Assembly: GCA_965261735.1 (NCBI GenBank)
Contig: OZ253470.1
Location: 2,528,001-2,592,000 of the forward strand
Source: Alphaproteobacteria bacterium
GTDB taxonomy: Bacteria; Pseudomonadota; Alphaproteobacteria; SHVV01
Length of the DNA: 64,000 nucleotides
Reading direction: 5' to 3'
Below, one piece after another: positions 46,746 to 57,504 of the stretch. Numbering within the stretch: the stretch's first letter is position 1; each line of letters starts with the position of its first letter. The notes under the pieces are model-generated. The model was given only the letters and a program-made list of their open reading frames with translations. It ran no database searches and was not told the origin of the DNA. The translations under genes and the position numbers were made by a program.

Positions 46746-48178
46746 TGGAGGCGACGAGCCGCGCCTTCAAGGCCAACGTCGCGCGCGCGCTCGACGATGC
46801 CAATCTGCGCACGGCGATGACGCGGCTCGAATCGGCGATCGGGCCGCGCCGCCTGGCGGCCACGGCGGCGCTGCCCGAGTTCGACGCGCTGCGCGCCGCC
46901 GCCCGCGACATCAAGGACCATGTGCTCGCCCACCTGGACGCCTATCTAGAGCGCTTCGAGGCCAAAGTCGTGGAGGCCGGCGGCGAGGTCCATTGGTGCC
47001 GCACCGCGGCCGAGGCGCGCGAGACCATCCTGGCGCTGTGCCGCTCGGCCGAAGCACGCACCATCACCAAGGGCAAGTCGATGACCGCCGAGGAAATCGG
47101 GCTCAACGACTTCCTGAGCGAACACGGGATCGAGCCGGTCGAGACCGACCTCGGCGAGTACATCATCCAGCTCGCCGGCCAGCCGCCGAGCCACATCATC
47201 GCGCCTGCCGTGCACATGACCAGAGAAGAGATCGCCGACCTGTTCGCCGACAAGCACCGCGTCCACGGCCGCACCGTGCGCCACGACGACGCGCAGGGGC
47301 TGGTGCAGGAGGCGCGCGAGCTGCTGCGGCCGCGCTACCTCGCCGCCGACGTCGGCCTCACCGGCGCTAATTTTCTCATCGCCGAGACCGGCAGCTCGGT
47401 GATCGTCACCAACGAGGGCAACGGCGACCTCACGCAGACACTGCCGAAGATGCACATCGTGATTGCCAGCATCGAGAAGGTGGTGCCGACGCTCGAGGAC
47501 GCGACGACCATCCTGCGCGTCCTCGCTCGCTCGGCGACCGGCCAGGAGTTCGCCGTCTACAACACCTTCTCGACCGGCCCAAAGCGCGCGGACGACCTCG
47601 ACGGCCCGGCCGCCTATCACGTCGTCCTGCTCGACAATGGGCGCACCGAGCTATTGGGCAGCGAGTTTCAGGACATCCTGCGCTGTATTCGCTGTGGCGC
47701 TTGCCTCAACAACTGCCCGGTTTACGCCACGGTCGGCGGCCACGCCTATGGCTGGGTCTATCCGGGCCCGATGGGCGCGGTACTGACGCCGAGCCTGATC
47801 GGGATCGAGGAAGGGTTTCACCTCCCGCAGGCCTCCAGTTTCTGCGGCCGCTGCGAGGAAGTGTGCCCGATGCACATCCCGCTTCCGCGCATGATGCGCA
47901 AGCTTCGCGAGCGCGCGTACGCGGGGCGGCTCGGGCCGGCGCGCGAGCGGGCGGGTCTGCGCCTGTGGGCCTACGCCGCGAGACGGCCAACGCTCTACCG
48001 CGCCGCCACCGGACTCGTCGCGCGCCTGCTCGGCGCGTTGGGGCGCCGGCGCGGGGCCCTCCGCAGCCTGCCGCTGGCTGCCGGCTGGACGCGCGGCCGC
48101 GACCTTCCGGCGCCCCAGGGCCGCACCTTCCACAGCCTGTGGCGGGCGCGCATTGCCTCGGCTGAGCGGCGCGAGTGA
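46742..48178 (+). CDS. lutB: Lactate utilization Fe-S protein B (LutB/LldF)
   Basis: KGKSM, ETDLGEYI, TNEGN, CIRCGACLNNCP, CGRCEEVCP. Confidence 0.92.
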   Translation: MMEATSRAFKANVARALDDANLRTAMTRLESAIGPRRLAATAALPEFDALRAAARDIKDHVLAHLDAYLERFEAKVVEAGGEVHWCRTAAEARETILALCRSAEARTITKGKSMTAEEIGLNDFLSEHGIEPVETDLGEYIIQLAGQPPSHIIAPAVHMTREEIADLFADKHRVHGRTVRHDDAQGLVQEARELLRPRYLAADVGLTGANFLIAETGSSVIVTNEGNGDLTQTLPKMHIVIASIEKVVPTLEDATTILRVLARSATGQEFAVYNTFSTGPKRADDLDGPAAYHVVLLDNGRTELLGSEFQDILRCIRCGACLNNCPVYATVGGHAYGWVYPGPMGAVLTPSLIGIEEGFHLPQASSFCGRCEEVCPMHIPLPRMMRKLRERAYAGRLGPARERAGLRLWAYAARRPTLYRAATGLVARLLGALGRRRGALRSLPLAAGWTRGRDLPAPQGRTFHSLWRARIASAERRE

Positions 48179-48864
48179 TGGCCGCGCGCGAGGACATCCT
48201 CGGCCGGATCGCGGCCACGCTCGGCGGCGGGGAGCGTGCCGAGGCCGCGGCCACGCGCATCGCGCGCCATGCCGCCAATCTCGTCCCGGCCCGGGCGCAG
48301 GTCGGCAGGGCCGAGCAAATCCGCCTGTTCACGACCATGATGGAGAGCGTCGAGGGTACGGTCGTCGAGGTGCCGGCGCCCGAGGTTCCGCAGGCCGTCG
48401 CCGACTACCTGATCGAGCGCAACCTGCCGAGCGCGGTAGCCATGGCGCCGGACCCCGCGCTCGATGCCCTGCCGTGGGGCGATCAGCCGCTGCTCGCACT
48501 TCGCCGCGGCCGGGCCGAGGAGTCGGACGTGGTTGGCATTACCGGCGCCTTCGCCGGCATCGCCGAAACCGGCACGCTCATGCTCCTGTCCGGGCCCGGG
48601 CGCCCGACGACCCTCGGCTTCCTGCCCGAGAACCACATCGTCATTTTGCCCGCCTCCGGCATCGTCGGCACCTACGAGGAAGCATGGCAGCGGCTGCGCG
48701 AGGCTTGCGCCGCGCCGCACCGGGACGGCTTCCTGATGCCGCGCACCGTCAACCTGATCACCGGCCCCTCGCGCACGGCCGACATCGAGCTCATCCCGAC
48801 CCTCGGTGCCCACGGGCCCAAGAGGCTGCACACCCTTATCGTCGACGATGGCCAAGCGGCCTGA
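48175..48864 (+). CDS. lutC: Lactate utilization protein C (LutC/LldG)
   Basis: IAETGT, LPENH, ITGPSRTADIE, GAHGP. Confidence 0.9.
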   Translation: MMAAREDILGRIAATLGGGERAEAAATRIARHAANLVPARAQVGRAEQIRLFTTMMESVEGTVVEVPAPEVPQAVADYLIERNLPSAVAMAPDPALDALPWGDQPLLALRRGRAEESDVVGITGAFAGIAETGTLMLLSGPGRPTTLGFLPENHIVILPASGIVGTYEEAWQRLREACAAPHRDGFLMPRTVNLITGPSRTADIELIPTLGAHGPKRLHTLIVDDGQAA

Positions 48865-49543
48865 GGCGCCCGAGCGCGAGGCGCGCGCCCTTAGTGCCGA
48901 GGAGCAGGCGCTATGGCAGGAGGCGATGCGCGATGCGAAGCGCCTCGCTCCCGCGAACCGGCGAGCGGCCGAGCAGGCCGCGCCACCGGCGCGGGCGGCA
49001 GAGGCGGAGCCCACACCCCCGTCGCGGCTAGCCGCTCCGGCCGAACTGCCGGCGGCCCCGTCACCGCCTGCGGAGCCGCCGGCGCCCGTCGAGCGCCCGC
49101 CGACCGCGCCGACCGCGCCGGCCGCAGCGCGACGCGCGGTCATCGTCGAGCGTGCGCCGTTGCCCGGTGCCACCGCCGCGCGCGGCCAGTGGCCGGGGCT
49201 CGATGCGCGATCCGCACAGCGCCTACGGCGCGGCCAGATCGCGATCGAGGGGCGTATCGACCTCCACGGCATGCGCGAGGCCGAGGCGCGGCGCGCCCTC
49301 GATTCCTTCCTCGGCGCCGCCGCGCAGGCGGGCAAGCGCTGCGTCCTGGTAATCACCGGCAAGGGAGCCGAGCGCGAGGCCGAGGGCTTCATGCCCGACC
49401 GCTCGGCCGGCCTCCTGCGGCGCTCGGTGCCGCGCTGGCTCGGCGAAGCGCCGAACCGCGCCCACGTCATTGCCTACCACCCGGCGCGCCCCGCCGACGG
49501 CGGCACCGGCGCGCTCTACGTGCTCCTCAGGCGCCAGCGTTGA
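48848..49543 (+). CDS. Smr/MutS2 domain protein
   Basis: IDLHG, LVITGKG, GGTGALYV. Confidence 0.9.
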   Translation: MAKRPEAPEREARALSAEEQALWQEAMRDAKRLAPANRRAAEQAAPPARAAEAEPTPPSRLAAPAELPAAPSPPAEPPAPVERPPTAPTAPAAARRAVIVERAPLPGATAARGQWPGLDARSAQRLRRGQIAIEGRIDLHGMREAEARRALDSFLGAAAQAGKRCVLVITGKGAEREAEGFMPDRSAGLLRRSVPRWLGEAPNRAHVIAYHPARPADGGTGALYVLLRRQR

Positions 49544-49580
49544 GGCCGGTGCCTGCGCGCGACTCGTCCCGCCCACTGTG

Positions 49581-50021
49581 TTAGGGAGCGGCTACCCCGA
49601 GCCGCCGACGGTAGACCGCCACCGGTCCGCGAAGCGATTGGCTCGCCCCGAAGGCTTCCCACCCGCGGCGCTTGAGCAGGCCCTCGGCGGTGCTGGTCGA
49701 TGTGTAGAGGCACTCGAAGCCGAGACGCCGGGCCTCCGCCTCGATCGCGGCGACGAGGGCCGTGCCGACACCCTGGCCTTGATGCTCCCTCGGCACCAGC
49801 ACCGCGGCGAGCCACGGGCCGACGCCGAGCTCGCTGCCCACGGACTCGGACCTGAGGCTCGCGGTGCCGAGCACGTCCCCGCTCTCGCTCAGGGCGACGA
49901 GACAGATCGGCAGCGCATCGCGGCTGCGGCAGGCGGCGAGATCGCCTTCCGCATCGCCTTCACCACCGGGCCCGTACCACGGCGCCCACTCGTCTGCGAA
50001 CCACTCCGCCACAATGTTCAT
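49581..50021 (-). CDS. GNAT family N-acetyltransferase, possibly 5'-truncated
   Basis: PWLAAVLV..EHQGQGVG acetyl-CoA motif; begins abruptly beside an AT-rich junction with no RBS. Confidence 0.75.
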   Translation of the reverse strand: MNIVAEWFADEWAPWYGPGGEGDAEGDLAACRSRDALPICLVALSESGDVLGTASLRSESVGSELGVGPWLAAVLVPREHQGQGVGTALVAAIEAEARRLGFECLYTSTSTAEGLLKRRGWEAFGASQSLRGPVAVYRRRLGVAAP

Positions 50022-50092
50022 GTAACATATTGATAAATAACGAGTGTTTTAGGCTATTGATTTCCATTCCCACCAGGGCTTCCATTTGGGAA
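50022..50092 (+). other. Putative att-site scar containing a tRNA 3'-end-like sequence
   Basis: AT-rich TAACATATTGATAAATAA..GCTATTGATT followed by TTCCATT-CCCAC-CAGGGCT-T-CCA (50062-50084). Confidence 0.45.
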
Positions 50093-50406
50093 ACGAGGAA
50101 TGGACGATAATCCTCGGGCACGAACAGGAACACTCTCGCGCGGCTGAACCCGCGTGGCCCAGGGGTTCGCGTTCCTTGCCGTGGTCAAGTTCGAGCGGTG
50201 CTGGAATGTCTTGGCTTGGTGTGCGGGAGCTGAGGTCTTTGCGCCGAGGCCGTTCTGTGCCTCCTACTTGCGATCGGGGTCCTCTCTGACAGCACGCATC
50301 TGACGTCGTTTGAGCTCGCCGACCCGGCGCGCCAGCACCCGGCAGCGCGGCTCATGGCGCCAAACATCAGCGTGCCGCCTCGGACTACACATGTGCCCCG
50401 CACACT

Positions 50407-51189
50407 TCAACCCAGATCGACCTCAATCAGAAGCCGGCAATGGTCGCTCGAACCCCATTCTTGCAAGCCGTTCAGCGTGCGCACCCCTATCCTTTCGTGG
50501 AAACCGCGCGAAGCGACGGCATAGTCGAACTGGCGATCGGCATTGGCTGGCGAGCGCTGCTGCGGGCTGTAGTACGTCGGGACGTTCCTGGTATCGGCCA
50601 GCACATCCAGCTGAGCCGTCGCCGCCGGCCGTCCGTTCGGCAGTTGCGGCACGAGAAACTCCAGCCCGAGCGCCGCGATCCGGTCCCACACAACACGTTC
50701 GCGTTCGGGCAGCGAGAGCGCGCCGCCGGTCGCCCCGTAAATGATGTTCAGATCGCCCGCCGCGAGGATGCGATGCTTCGCCGGGTTCTCATGCCTGATG
50801 AAGGCCGACAAGTCCGACAGAATCCGGTGCGCCGAGACATCGGCCGCGCCGACGCGCCACGGCGTTCCTGTCGACGGATGGGGTTTCATGTAGCGCGCAT
50901 ACATCGAGGCCACGACGAAACTATCTTCGGGCCGGCCCCTTGGCGCCACCCTGGCGGCGGCAATCGTCCCGATGCCGCTGACGCCGATGTCGTTCTCGCC
51001 GAGTTCGCTGATCGGCGGCACCTGCCGGAACCATTCGACCTCGACTTGATCCGACAGTTTGACCACAAGGGGCCAGCGGTCGCACAACTGCCGGTTCCAG
51101 AACACGTCGTCGCCATACCGGACCAGGTGCGCAAGGTCGCCGGGCGGGCCGCCCGATTCCTGCAGCAGCGCGACATCGGCCTCTCCCCG
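50407..51189 (-). pseudogene. Endonuclease/exonuclease/phosphatase (EEP) family protein, N-terminus missing
   Basis: ADVALLQE, AGDLN, FDY, SDH motifs in one frame; first strand (xWN) and start codon absent. Confidence 0.7.
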
Positions 51190-51430
51190 CGCCGCCGAAG
51201 CAGCGGTCGCCGAAGAAAGCCATGATGGCTCGTTACCGACTCTTGGGCGCCACCAGCTAGTTGTGGATCACGTGGAAGTACCGGAGCGCATGCTCGATCC
51301 CATTGGTGATCACCATCGCCCGCCCCTCGCCGCCGACCTTGTTCGTCATCCATCGTCTTGGCGAGCTTTTGGTGGTTCGCGATCGGCGAGCAGTGCACCA
51401 GCACGTCGATGATGAAGGCCTCCGCGCCAT
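51190..51430 (-). pseudogene. Internal remnant of Type I restriction enzyme R subunit (HsdR)
   Basis: EAFIIDVLVHCSPIANHQKLAKT, then NKVGGEGRAMVITNGIEHALRYFHVIHN*LVAPKSR*RAIMAFFG; resembles recalled HsdR helicase segments (FILDVL, KIGGxARAMVVT, AIVAFSG). Confidence 0.6.
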
Positions 51431-51758
51431 ACAGCACGAACGCACCCTGACCCGCGACCCCCACCCCGCCCATGAAGGCACACCCCGGTACCCCCTATGA
51501 CTGCGATGCACCTGGCTATTCGGGCGGAAAACCGAAAACGGTTTGGGGCTCTATGGTTCGCGGGAAGAGTCCGGCTCGGATGGGCCCCGTGGGCGAAGAA
51601 AAATTTCCTAAAATTTTCGTGAATTATCACCTTGAAACATTGTCGCTCCTTCTCCTCGTCAATTTCGTGCCACCACCGGGCCGGGTTGGATCGATTCGGA
51701 AAGCCCGAACCCGTGGTGGGAAATCGGTGGCGAGAAGCCGAATTGCGGGCTGTCGATT

Positions 51759-54700
51759 CTATACGACGATCTCCGCGTCGGGGTCGCCGGCGGCGAGGGC
51801 GTTCATCCAGGCGAGGCAGAACTCGCGGGAGCGGTAGGCGCCATGCGCGGCAGTCTCCTCGCGCTCGACGATCGGGAAGGTGGAGTACACATAGCGCACG
51901 TCGTCGCGGCCAGTGACGCCGTAGAGGTGGAAGAAAACCGCATCCAGCTTCGCGCGCAGGAACAGGCGCCGCTCTTCGTCCCACACGAAAGGCGGCAGTA
52001 AGTCGCCGGCGGCATCGACCTGGCCCATGTCGCGGGCGAAGGGGGCCATGTCGTGGGCGGTGTAGGTCAGCTCCAGCACCGCCTCGCGGACGATCTCGCC
52101 AGCCGTGCGGAGTCCGAAGCGGACGGTCTCGTAGGTCTCGGGTGGGACGACGGGAAGCTGCTCGACAATGAACCAATTGAGGTGTTGGCCTTGAATCTTC
52201 TGACGCGCCACATAATCGAAGGGTACAGCGTCGAAATTTGCGAGAAGCAGCGCCGCATCGGCCGCAGCCGGACCATCTATCGACACGATGGGGAGCGTGT
52301 TCCCCACGCCAGAGCCCGGTATCACGGCGGAGATCATGGAGCGCACGTTTGTTGGTGCCGTGACGTCCTTGAACCCAAACAGATATGAAGCATCTGGGAA
52401 CGACGTCTCGCTCCGCATAACCCAGAACTGCGGATCGGGGAGCCACGCCGGGTCCCGGTGTTGATCAAGGGTGGCCGGCTCAGGCTGTGCGGGCCGGTGC
52501 TGGTTTTCGAGATTGACGACGACGCTGGCGGCGCGGTGGTCGAACGCCTGCACCATTTTACCTTCATAGAGCGGAACCCACTCGCCCGCCGGGCTGGCGA
52601 AGCGGTTGCCGCCGGTGGGATACGCGCCCTCCTGCTCTTCAAGCTCCGTGCGCGTGCGGAACAGGCCGGAGTCGTTGGTCATGTGAAACATCGTCGAGTA
52701 CTTCACCGACCACGCCTTCACCTCCTCGCCCGACGAGCGGTCCACCAGCACCGGCAGGCGGCCGTAGATCGCCGTAGTCAGCGCGGCATCACGGCGGGTG
52801 CGGAAGATGGGTGCAGTGCCGGTGTTCGGGTTGACGCGGGCGAAGCTCTCCGCCGTCAGCGGGAAACAACGCTCAGGGTCGTCGCGCTCGGAGACATCGT
52901 GGAGGTAGAACGCGCAATTGGCGGCCTCGCCCATCGGCGATGGGCTGGCGACAAAGATGCAGAACTTGAAGGACGCGTGAACGTCGGGGAAGAACACCTT
53001 CTTGTTCTCAAAGTCGTAGAGCGCCTTCAACCCTCCTTCCGTCGCCACACGCTTGAAGAACCGCGCCGCCGTTTTGTCCGACGCGATGCCGGAGGGCGTG
53101 AGTAGCCCGACCATGCCGTCGGGCTTCACCAGCGTCATCGCGCGCTCGACGAAGAGCGAATAGAGATTCAGGTCACCACCGGAGAGCAACGGATAGTCGC
53201 CGCCACTGCGCGCCATTCGGGCAGCGGCCGTCGCCCGTTCGCTCGCCAAGGCATAGTCCTGCGCCAGGGGATCGTCAGCTTGTTTCAGCGCCGCGATCAT
53301 ACGCTTGCGGTCGGCCGCACGCGGTGCGAGCGCGATCTCGCGCCGGCGAGTGGCGAACCATTCCACCTGTTGCAGCTTCATCCGGTCCCACGGCGGATTG
53401 CCGATCACGGCGTCGAAGCCGCCGGCAGACCTCGCGCTATGCCAATTCTTCCAGACGCCGGGGAAGGCCGCCTGCCAGTTGAGGAAGCGTTCCTCGTCGA
53501 TAAGGCGGCGAGCCTCGTGCAACAGTTCGGCGAAGTGCGCGCTCTCGGGCCGTTCCGCCGAGGCCTCGGCCCGGCCCAGCGCGATCTCGATGGGGTCGCC
53601 GAGAAAGCCGCCGAAGAAGGACTGCAGCGCTGTCTTGCTTTCGCGGTCCCGCACGTCCAGCCAGTCGAGGGCGTGCACCAGGGAGAGGATGGCATCCAGC
53701 GGTGCGGTGGCCTCTTCCACCTGGGCAAAGGTCTCAGCGGAGCGGTGCGCCTCGGCGATCTCTGCGTCGGTCAGCTCCTCGATCGTCTGCATTTCCCGCG
53801 CGGCAAGTCCCGCCTGGGTGACGGAGCCGTGCAGAAGCAACGGGCTGCCATACTCGGTCGCCTTGTCGATCCCGCCCCGCGCCCAGGCGCCGAATAGGCT
53901 GTCGCCGCAGCGAAGATGGTGATCCAGGAAGCTGAGCGGCGCCCCCACCGTGAAGGTGTGCAGCCAGAGCGCGACCTTGGCCAGCTCGACCGCCATGGGG
54001 TTCTTGTCGACGCCGTAGACGCAGCGCTTGAGGACCATGCGCCGGACGATGTGGCGGTCGTCGAGCCGGTCCCGGTCGATGGCCCAAGCGCGCTCCTCGG
54101 CGTTCGCCACGATCCTGTCGCGGATGTCCTGGATGCGGCCCACGAGCGGCGAGACATAGCCGTCTGCCAGCGCTTCCGCTTCGGCCATGGCCGCGATCAC
54201 TCCGTCGGCGAGGTAATCGACCAGACTGACCAGGAAGTGCCCGGACCCCATGGCCGGGTCGCAGACCTTCAACTCAAGAATCTTCTCGGCTGGGTCGAGC
54301 GCTGCGAGCCGCGCAACCGCCCGCTCGCGCTCAAGTCCGTCTACCGGCATTCGCCCGGCTTCCGCCTCGAAGGCGTCCGCGCGCGCCTGCACGAGCGGCC
54401 CAATCGTTTCCTCGACGATCAGCCCGACCAGGTCGTCCGGCGTGTAGTAGCTGCCCGAACCCTTGCGGGCGAAGATGTTGAGGCGGACGGCCACCCCGTC
54501 ACCGTCTAGCGCGAGTTCGTGTTCCAGCAGACGCTCGTAGATAGAGCCGAGCTGGCGGACGCCGAGGTCGCGATAGTTGATATAGCGGCGGCCCGCCGGT
54601 CCTTGCTCGAACGAAAGGGCGTCGATGACATCGGCCATGACCCGGTCGCCGAGCCGGATGCGGTCGAGAAGCGGCGCACGCTCCCGATCGAAGAGGCCAC

Positions 54701-55761
54701 CATTGTAGGGCGGCAGGCCGATGGCAACGTCGCCCTGGTCGATGGCGCGGCAGAGATCGGCCACAACCGACCAATAGCGCGCCGCGGTCTCGGAGAAGAC
54801 ATCGTCCTGGTCCTTGCGGCGGCCGACATCGCCGCGAACCCTGTCGCGGAGCGCGTAGTCGTCGTAACGCCAATCGCGGACGGGCAGCAGGTCGCGGTCT
54901 TCGGCATAGAGGATGAAGAGAAGCCGGTACAGCAGCAGGGCGGCCTCGCGCACCTCCGACAGAGGCGCGTCCGGCTCAGCCGCGGCGATCGCACGTGCGA
55001 GCTCAGGAAAGACCTGGCCGAAGACCAGATCGGACAGACTGGCGGTAACACGCTCCTCGTAGAAGCGGCCTTCCGCGATGGCGCGCTGATGGAAGGTGCG
55101 CGCGTCGGCCACGTCCGGTACGAAGGCTTCGCGCCGGAAGACTAATTTGAAGACCTTGAGGCAGTGACGGCGTTCCGCCTCGTCGAGCGCAAACAGACCG
55201 TCGTTGTGGCCGGGGAGGTCGAGGATCGCCGGGAGATCGACCTCGAAGAACTGTTCAGAGACCGACCGCGCGCCCTGATAGTAGAGGCGCCATCGTGCGC
55301 CGTTGGTGAGAATGCCCCAGCGGAGCCTGCCCGTGGTTACATCGTCGATCCGCCGCAGGTAGCGCAGCATCTGCGTCGACGGGGCCGTCTCTTCGCCATG
55401 CCGCCCGGAGCGGCGGTCGAGTGGACGCAGCGGCGAAGCCGTTGGCTTGGCCCTTCGCCGCTTCATCCGCGAACAGCAATCCGTCCGGCACGTCCACCCG
55501 GCCGTATGCGCTTAGGTTTTGCTGTCGCAGGCTCGCCGTCCACCCAAGCCGTGCGAGGACGGGCCAGATCAGATCATCCTCGGTCTGGCTTTCGTTGGGC
55601 GATGCGGCGGCCGGGAAGCGGTCGCAGATCGCGCGCAGCGCGGCCTCGAGGTCTTCAAGCGACGCGTCGTCCAGTTCCGGCCAGTCGGGCGATCGGGTGA
55701 TGGCATCGCGAAGGAAATCGCTGGCGAAGAGGCTCCCCTGAAATGCGGTGTCGAGGCTCAT
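51759..55761 (-). pseudogene. Type IIG (Eco57I-like) restriction-modification enzyme, frameshifted at 55430/55431 in the nuclease domain
   Basis: N-terminal NESQTE..VPDGLLF; WGILTNG; LGSIYERLLE; GSYYTP; CDPAMGSGHFL (motif I); GNPPW (motif IV); the MTase/TRD frame is open for 1235 codons. Confidence 0.85.
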
Positions 55762-55965
55762 GCGCCTATGATCCACGATCCAGTTCAATATTTCAGCATC
55801 ACGCCATTGGCGTGCGGCATCACGACTGTGGGGGGCGGGCTATGCGTGATCATACCTTCACTAACTTTCGGACGTTGCTCAAATGTAACTACCCAGGTCT
55901 GATTGGCCCGAGCGTTTGTATGTGAGGGATCGTGGGGGTCCGGGCTGGTAGCGGTGCCGGTGTTC

Positions 55966-57504
55966 TCAGAGGCGCAGTTGGGGGATTAGTTGCATCGGAT
56001 CGGGATGCACCAGGGTCTGGAGGACGTTCCAGCCTTGCTTTCGGGCGGTGGCGATGACGGCACGCATTCTGGCGAAGTTGTAGGCACCCCTCTCGCAGCG
56101 GAAGCCACCGGAGATCTTCTGGCGCAGCTTGGCCATTCGGAGGTCACGTTCGGCCTCATTGTTCGTAAACGGCGTGCGCGGGTCGGTGAGGAATCGCAGG
56201 CATCCCTCCTTGTGCTTGCGGAGGCGGAGCGCGAGGTTATGACCGATGCGGCGTTTCTTTCGTCCGCGCTTGCCGGTCCGGAGCGGCGGCTGCGCCTCGT
56301 GGAAGGCGATGGCGTGGTCGAGGATGCGGGCCCAGGCCCGCGAGATCCGGGCCCCCAGGGAGGCGGGCACGTCGCGGCCGTTCTCACGGGAGAAGCGGGT
56401 AGCCCTGTGTGCGCGCTCAAGGAGGCGGTGCATGCTCTTTGCCCAGTCTTCCTTCTCGATGTCGATCAGGGCCTGGAGTTCGCGCAGGTGATGGGCGTTG
56501 CAGGCGCCGTGGCGCACGCCCTTGAGGGTGAAGTAGGCGGCGTAATCGTCATGGATGAGGATGCCTTCGAGGTCCTTTTCGACATCGCCGCGTCCCGCGC
56601 CGATGCGCAGGACGGTCAGGAATGGGGTGCACAGCACGTGGAGCCAGCGGGTACGGGCGGCGATCCGCAGGCCGGTTTCGTCGAGGTGCTTGACCGGGAC
56701 CGCTGTGCGGATCACGTCTGCGACATGGGCGAGGAAGGGCTCGAAGCGCCTGGCGGTTCGCCGGCCCATGGCGGTGATCGTGGCTGTGGAGATGGACACT
56801 GCGAAGAGGTCGCTCATGAGTTCGGCCAAGCGCTTCTCGGGAACGAACTGGGCGTACAGCAGGTAGCTCACCCAGGCGGTGATGCGTGGCCCGTACTGGA
56901 CCGGGGCGGTCACGCCGTCCGCGAAGACGGCTCCTGTCACGGTGGCGCAGGCGCCGCAGAGGCAGCGATGGGCGCGGTGTTCGGTGACCTCCAGGGGGCG
57001 TGGCTCGGGCACATCGAAGACCTGTCGACAGACGGGCGCGCGGTGACGGTCGGCGTCCGACAGCGGTGCGCCGCAGCCCGAACAGGCGGAGGGGTCATGA
57101 TCCACAACATGGTCCGGGCTCTCGGTCCGCGCCAGCGTCGTTCCCTTGTGGCCCGGCTGGCCGCCGCTTGGCCTGCCGGACTTGCCGCGCTGGCTTCGGG
57201 TGCGCCTCTGGGTTCGGCTCTTCTTGCGCAGGCCGTCGCTGGCGGGCGGCTTGCTGCTGGTGGTGCTGTCAAGCGCCGCGCTCCGCTCGAGCTCGGCGAT
57301 GCGGTCCCGCAGGGTCGCGTTCTCCCGCTCGAGCGCGGCATTCTCCCGGACGAGCGCCGTGGCCAGGCGCAACAGCCCCTGGCCCCATTCCCGGAAGGCC
57401 TTGACGACTGTGGTTGCGAAGGATGAGGGGTCAAGAAGATCTTGCAGGCACGCGAAGGCCTCGTCATGGGCGGCGAGGTCCTCGTGCCAGCGCGACAGCG
57501 TCAC
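55966..57504 (-). CDS. IS66 family transposase (TnpC)
   Basis: Coiled coil, SSKPPASD, GGQPGHKG, CSGC zinc finger, DET, HDDY, CNAHHLREL, TNNEAERDLR, KISGGFR. Confidence 0.95.
   Translation of the reverse strand: MTLSRWHEDLAAHDEAFACLQDLLDPSSFATTVVKAFREWGQGLLRLATALVRENAALERENATLRDRIAELERSAALDSTTSSKPPASDGLRKKSRTQRRTRSQRGKSGRPSGGQPGHKGTTLARTESPDHVVDHDPSACSGCGAPLSDADRHRAPVCRQVFDVPEPRPLEVTEHRAHRCLCGACATVTGAVFADGVTAPVQYGPRITAWVSYLLYAQFVPEKRLAELMSDLFAVSISTATITAMGRRTARRFEPFLAHVADVIRTAVPVKHLDETGLRIAARTRWLHVLCTPFLTVLRIGAGRGDVEKDLEGILIHDDYAAYFTLKGVRHGACNAHHLRELQALIDIEKEDWAKSMHRLLERAHRATRFSRENGRDVPASLGARISRAWARILDHAIAFHEAQPPLRTGKRGRKKRRIGHNLALRLRKHKEGCLRFLTDPRTPFTNNEAERDLRMAKLRQKISGGFRCERGAYNFARMRAVIATARKQGWNVLQTLVHPDPMQLIPQLRL

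Noticed and set aside
50062-50084. Complete tRNA gene
   Set aside because: Only a 3'-end-like fragment is present; there is no matching 5' acceptor strand, D-arm or anticodon arm upstream
51435-51730. C-rich tract, AAAATTT repeats and an imperfect hairpin considered as a phage end or ncRNA
   Set aside because: No recognisable family or supporting genes; the hairpin may simply terminate the R-M gene
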